A stretch of DNA of 64,000 bases from Octopus bimaculoides (Eukaryota): assembly GCF_001194135.2 (NCBI RefSeq), contig NC_068985.1, positions 34,035,429 to 34,099,428 on the forward strand. The letters are read 5' to 3'. The position numbers were made by a program, and so were the translations under genes. The notes beneath the pieces were generated by a model, which did not search any database, was not told where the DNA came from, and saw nothing but the letters and a program-made list of their open reading frames with translations. Of the stretch, positions 58,940-64,000 are shown in pieces (positions within the stretch are counted from its first letter, which is position 1; each line of letters opens with the position of its first letter).

Positions 58940-61265
58940 ATGAAAGGCCACCTGCTTGAATGTTGTTTTTCGTGTGCCACTGGCACATGTGCCAGTAAGC
59001 TGAAGCTGGTAACGATCATGCTTGAATGGTGCTTTTTACATGCCACCGGCATGGGAGTCAGTCAGCAGCTCTGGCATCGATCACGCTCGGATGGTGCTTT
59101 TAATGTTTCACTAGCACGAGTGCCAATCAGGCAGTACTGTCATTGGCCACATCAGCGATTTTAATTTCACTTGCCTCAACAGGTCTTCACAGGCAAAATT
59201 TATTGTCTAATGAACGAAGAGTACTCATAAGTGGACTGGCTATACAACACTGGCATAGACCATGGGTTATGGTCTCACTTGGCTTGTCGGGCTTCTCAAG
59301 CACAACATATCTCCAAAGGTCTTGGTCACTAGTCATTGCCTCAATGAGGCCCAATGTTCGATGGTTGTGCTTCACCACCTCATCCCAGGTCTTCCTGGGT
59401 CTACCTCTTCCACAGGCTTCATTCAATGAAGCATATTGTCTTCATTCCTTGCAAGCTTGCGCATGTCCTCAGCAGTCATGGCCCATGTTTCACTGCCATG
59501 TAGCATGGCTGTTCATACACATGCATTATACAGTCTACCTTTTACTCTGAGCGAGAGGCCCTTTGTCACCAGGTGAGGTAGGAGCTCTCTGTACTTTGCC
59601 CAGGCTATTCTTATACTAGCAGCTACACTTTCAGAGCATCCACCCCCCGCTACTGACTTGGTCACCTAGGTAATGAAAGCTATCAACTACTTTTAGTTTT
59701 TCTCCCCGGAATCTGACAGAAGTTGTTCTCTGCATATTTTCAGTGTTTATTGCTCCTGAGCATCTGCCACATACAAAAACTATCTTCCCAGTTAGCTTTC
59801 CTTTGATATTGCTGCACCTCTTATGTGTCCATAGCTTACACTGGGTACATCTTATAAAGTTTCTATCTACACCTTTTATACAGATTGAGCAGGGTCATCT
59901 ACCTGAAGGGATTTGTGGTTCGTCTGCCTTCCTACTTATTAGGACTTTGGTTTCAGCTAGGTTGACTGTAAGGCCCTTCAATTCTAATCCTTGCTTCCAC
60001 ACCTGAAACTTTTCCTCTAGTTTTGGTAGTCACTCAGCAATTAGAGCAAGGTCATCAGCATAGAGGAGCTCCCAGGGGCATCCTGTCTTGAGTTCCTCTG
60101 TTATTGCCTGGAGGACTATGATGAATAAGAGGGGGCTGAGGACTGAACCTTGATGGACCCCTATCCCTACCTGGAATTCTTCAATGTACTTGTTGCCAAC
60201 CTTCACCTTACTGACAGCATCCCTGTACATGGCTTGCACAGCTCTCACTAACCATTCATCTATCCCTAGTTTCCTCATTGACCACCAGATAAGGGATCGG
60301 GGGACCCTGTCAAAGGCTTTCTCCATGTCAATGAAAGCCAGGTACAGAGGTTTATCTTTGGCTAGGTATTTCTCCTGCAGCTGTCTTACCAGAAATATAG
60401 CATCAGTGGTGCTTTTCCCTGGCACGAACCCAAACTGCATCTCATCTAGACTGACTCTCTCCCTAATTAGTTGGGGCTATGACCCTCTCCGTGACCTGAT
60501 CCAACAACTTGATACCTTTGTAATTATTTATATCTAAAGCGTCACCTTTACCTTTGTAGCAGTTGAGTATGGTGCTGCTACACAAGTCACTGGGCATGAC
60601 TCTTTCACGTATCACCTGGTTGACTATACTGGTGACTAGGCTATAGCCGACACCACCAGATATTTTGAGCATCTCTGCGGTGATTCGTGATGGGCCAGGG
60701 GCTTTCCATGTCTTCACACCCTTAATTGCTTTATCTACCAAGGTACTGTCAATTCAGATAGCTGGTCCCTCTGTTGAGCCAGCATTCAGCATACTCTCCC
60801 ATTCATTCACTTTATTTAGCAACCTTTCATAGTGGTGTCTCCAAACCTCTCTCTTTGCAGTCTCATTTAATGCAAGCAAACCATCATCCATGTGGACACA
60901 TTTCTCTTCTATGACATCATGATTCTCTCTCACACAGTCTTGCAACACGGAATACCTCAAATCTTTGGTCCTCACGGCACAGAACTGGCAAATTTTTTCT
61001 TATCTACTTCCCCTCTGGCTAAATAAACGTGTCTCCTAGCTTTCCTTCCAGCAGTCTGATAGAATTCCCTGATACCACCATTCTTCCAGTCCTTCCAAGC
61101 CTGTTTCTTTTCCCTAATGGCCTTGTCAACAACATTGTTCCACAACCATGTTACCTTGTGTCGAGAGGGGACTTTGCACCATCCACAGATCTGGTCAGTG
61201 GCCCTCAGCAAGTTGTCCCATAGAAACCTCCAGTTGTCTTCCACATCATGTGATGCTATACCCAC
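58940..61265 (-). mobile_element. 5'-truncated RTE LINE (EN-RT linker, RT, 3' UTR)
   Basis: QFGFVPGKSTTDAIF; LAFIDMEKAFDRVPR; GVHQGSVLSPLLF; LLYADDLALIAE; GRGRPRKTW. Several stops and frameshifts. Confidence 0.95.
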
Positions 61266-61283
61266 CTCTATTCACTCTGTAGA

Positions 61284-61335
<52 letters not shown>

Positions 61336-61361
61336 CATACACATAAAAAAATATATATAGT

Positions 61362-61436
61362 TTAACCCTTTAGCATTTAAACCAGCCACATCTGGTCCAA
61401 TATTATACCTGTTTTATGTTCAAATTGGCCATATTC
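61362..61436 (+). mobile_element. piggyBac-like MITE left end
   Basis: TTAACCCTTTAGCATTTAAACCAGCCACATCTGG, homologous to 7598. Confidence 0.55.
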
Positions 61437-62601
61437 ATAAGAGAAGGGGAGATAATCTTATGAGTAAATTCTCTGAAATTGACATTCAAGAGTCAAAAGT
61501 TTTCCAAAGTTGACATGCGGTAAAATTAAAAAATGAGCTCATTGTGTAGAGCTGAGTGAACAATTGTGGACATTTGTTCCTACCTCAATAGGCAACATGA
61601 ACACAATTAACCCACCTTATTTCCAGTAGCCAAAGGACTAACATATATAGAGAAAGAATGAAATAACTCAGAGTGCCCAGTGGTATGCATTTGATTTTTA
61701 AGATTATCTTCCCTTGTTCTAAGGAGCTTGTCTGAGTTACTATTTGGTAATTACAACCTCCTCTTGAGGTGATGATAATTTTAATAAATCGAGAATTTAT
61801 GCTGTATTATATTTGATATACCTATATTTGTCTACATTGTTCAATTATATGCCATTGGCCCTTCAGAATTATTTTACTTAGCTTGTTTTGTTTAAAATAT
61901 GTAAAGTTACTGGGCCATTAATGTGTTCTACCCTTTTATTTTGTATGTCTAAGTTCCTTGAGTACTGGGTATAAGGGAGGTAATTGTTGTGTTGATGGTG
62001 CTTTTTGAGGTGGATATATGTGTTCACAGCTATCCTCGTATACCAAAACTTTCTTTTCCTTAATGACATTCAACTTCAGAGAATTTTTGATTCTTGATAT
62101 TATCTCTCTTCTTCATATGAAACTAGTTTTAATTGCTGCTTGGTTATTGTGGCACATACTCTAGAAATGGAGATAATTTTAATAAAACAAAGATTTATGT
62201 TGTATGGTATTTGATATACCAGTAGTTGTCTCTCTTTTGCACTCTCTGTTTCTCTCCATGCATACACACACATTATTACTCAGCTCCAGGAAGTGGGGCA
62301 ATGCATACAGTGGATTTATATATGCTTATTTAAAAAAAATTTTTTTTATATATATCAGCATATACACATGCACACAGACACACTTCTGTTATCAAATTTA
62401 AACAACACATTGAATAATAAGCTGAAGTCACTGCTCCTCTTATCTCTTATGCATATTAAATGAGAGAGAGAGAGAGAGAGAGGGGGGGAGGGAAGCGAGT
62501 GGCGAGGAAGAGTAGATAGCTGATGCATATTAATGTTTAAAATGGCATTCTTGTGTTAGTGAGTTTTAATTGTTCTTGCTTTTTAACTATGGAAATTGAA
62601 A

Positions 62602-62770
62602 ACAGGAGTGGCTGTGTGGTAAGTAGCTTGCTTACCAACCACATGGTTCCGGGTTCAGTCCCACTGCGTGGCACCTTGGGCAAGTGTCTTCTACTATAGC
62701 CTCGGGCCGACCAAAGACTTGTGAGTGGATTTGGTAGACGGAAACTGAAAGAAGCCCGTCGTATATATAT
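62602..62770 (+). mobile_element. SINE family A, 5' half, well preserved
   Basis: CAGGAGTGGCTGTGTGGTAAG...GGGTTCAGTCCC...GGAAACTGAAAGAAGCCCGTCG. Confidence 0.92.
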
Positions 62771-62808
62771 GTATAGGGAACCCGTGGAAGAGGTAGGCCC
62801 AGGAAGAC

Positions 62809-63637
62809 NNNNNNNNNNNNNNNNNNNNNNNNNNNNNNNNNNNNNNNNNNNNNNNNNNNNNNNNNNNNNNNNNNNNNNNNNNNNNNNNNNNNNNNNNNNN
62901 NNNNNNNNNNNNNNNNNNNNNNNNNNNNNNNNNNNNNNNNNNNNNNNNNNNNNNNNNNNNNNNNNNNNNNNNNNNNNNNNNNNNNNNNNNNNNNNNNNNN
63001 NNNNNNNNNNNNNNNNNNNNNNNNNNNNNNNNNNNNNNNNNNNNNNNNNNNNNNNNNNNNNNNNNNNNNNNNNNNNNNNNNNNNNNNNNNNNNNNNNNNN
63101 NNNNNNNNNNNNNNNNNNNNNNNNNNNNNNNNNNNNNNNNNNNNNNNNNNNNNNNNNNNNNNNNNNNNNNNNNNNNNNNNNNNNNNNNNNNNNNNNNNNN
63201 NNNNNNNNNNNNNNNNNNNNNNNNNNNNNNNNNNNNNNNNNNNNNNNNNNNNNNNNNNNNNNNNNNNNNNNNNNNNNNNNNNNNNNNNNNNNNNNNNNNN
63301 NNNNNNNNNNNNNNNNNNNNNNNNNNNNNNNNNNNNNNNNNNNNNNNNNNNNNNNNNNNNNNNNNNNNNNNNNNNNNNNNNNNNNNNNNNNNNNNNNNNN
63401 NNNNNNNNNNNNNNNNNNNNNNNNNNNNNNNNNNNNNNNNNNNNNNNNNNNNNNNNNNNNNNNNNNNNNNNNNNNNNNNNNNNNNNNNNNNNNNNNNNNN
63501 NNNNNNNNNNNNNNNNNNNNNNNNNNNNNNNNNNNNNNNNNNNNNNNNNNNNNNNNNNNNNNNNNNNNNNNNNNNNNNNNNNNNNNNNNNNNNNNNNNNN
63601 NNNNNNNNNNNNNNNNNNNNNNNNNNNNNNNNNNNNN
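62809..63637. other. Assembly gap
   Basis: N run. Confidence 1.
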
Positions 63638-64000
63638 ATGTATATATATATATATACAGACACACACATTTGTATATATATACAAATGTGTGTGTATAGC
63701 AATTTAATTTATGTAATCCATTTACTGAATTTTTTTTTGTATATTTTTTATGCACTTTCTGTGTTCTTTATTAAGTTTATATCCTTTTGTAAAGATAGTA
63801 TTTCACTTTCAGAGATAATCCTACTTTTTATGATTCGGGGATATTTTATTGATCAGAAAGTAAAACTTGTAACCATCGTTTTTCACTGAATGCTTATATG
63901 AGTGCCCTGGTGTCTCTAATATGTTGATTGCAATAAACTGGAGTACGGTCTGGGTTATCTCCTCTTAATCTGTTGTTCACTGCTGACTGTTGTATTGTGA

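Noticed and set aside
62776-62808. SINE-A apparently fused to an RTE GTRGRGRPRK-coding fragment
   Set aside because: Only 33 bp at a gap edge. It cannot be distinguished from a separate insertion or mis-assembly.
62537-63755. Long ORFs (328-382 aa) in the ORF track, and similar X-rich ORFs at other gaps
   Set aside because: They are open only because they run through N gaps and microsatellites. No coding evidence.
1-64000. CRISPR arrays, rRNA, operons or an intact host gene
   Set aside because: No regularly spaced repeat-spacer array, rRNA-like segment or convincing multi-exon host coding sequence. Small exons within a large intron cannot be excluded without RNA-seq.

Overview
AT-rich, microsatellite-dense animal DNA with 8 N-gaps and no recognisable intact host gene. 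The SINE and RTE-LINE tail families look like those I associate with octopus (inference, not verified). Nearly all interpretable sequence is transposon-derived. Retroelements: Penelope-like elements (PLE), several hammerhead-ribozyme (HHR) motifs, RTE LINEs, many tRNA-derived SINEs (called A, B and C here) and solo-LTR-like units. DNA elements: mariner (DD34D) and maT (DD37D) remnants, a decayed Helitron and several MITEs. Most notable: (i) two GG...CC fold-back families with perfect 8- and 9-bp TSDs (Merlin-like) that carry TTAGGG telomeric arrays; (ii) an ORF1-only L1/Tx1-like element inserted into a SINE head with a 5-bp TSD; (iii) HHR-bearing mini-elements beside microsatellites, including a 413-bp palindrome with an HHR-like core in each arm; (iv) an RTE 3' end encoding three C2H2 fingers. 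TSD, TIR and HHR coordinates were indexed by hand. Other repeat boundaries are approximate. Family names come from motif recognition, not database searches.
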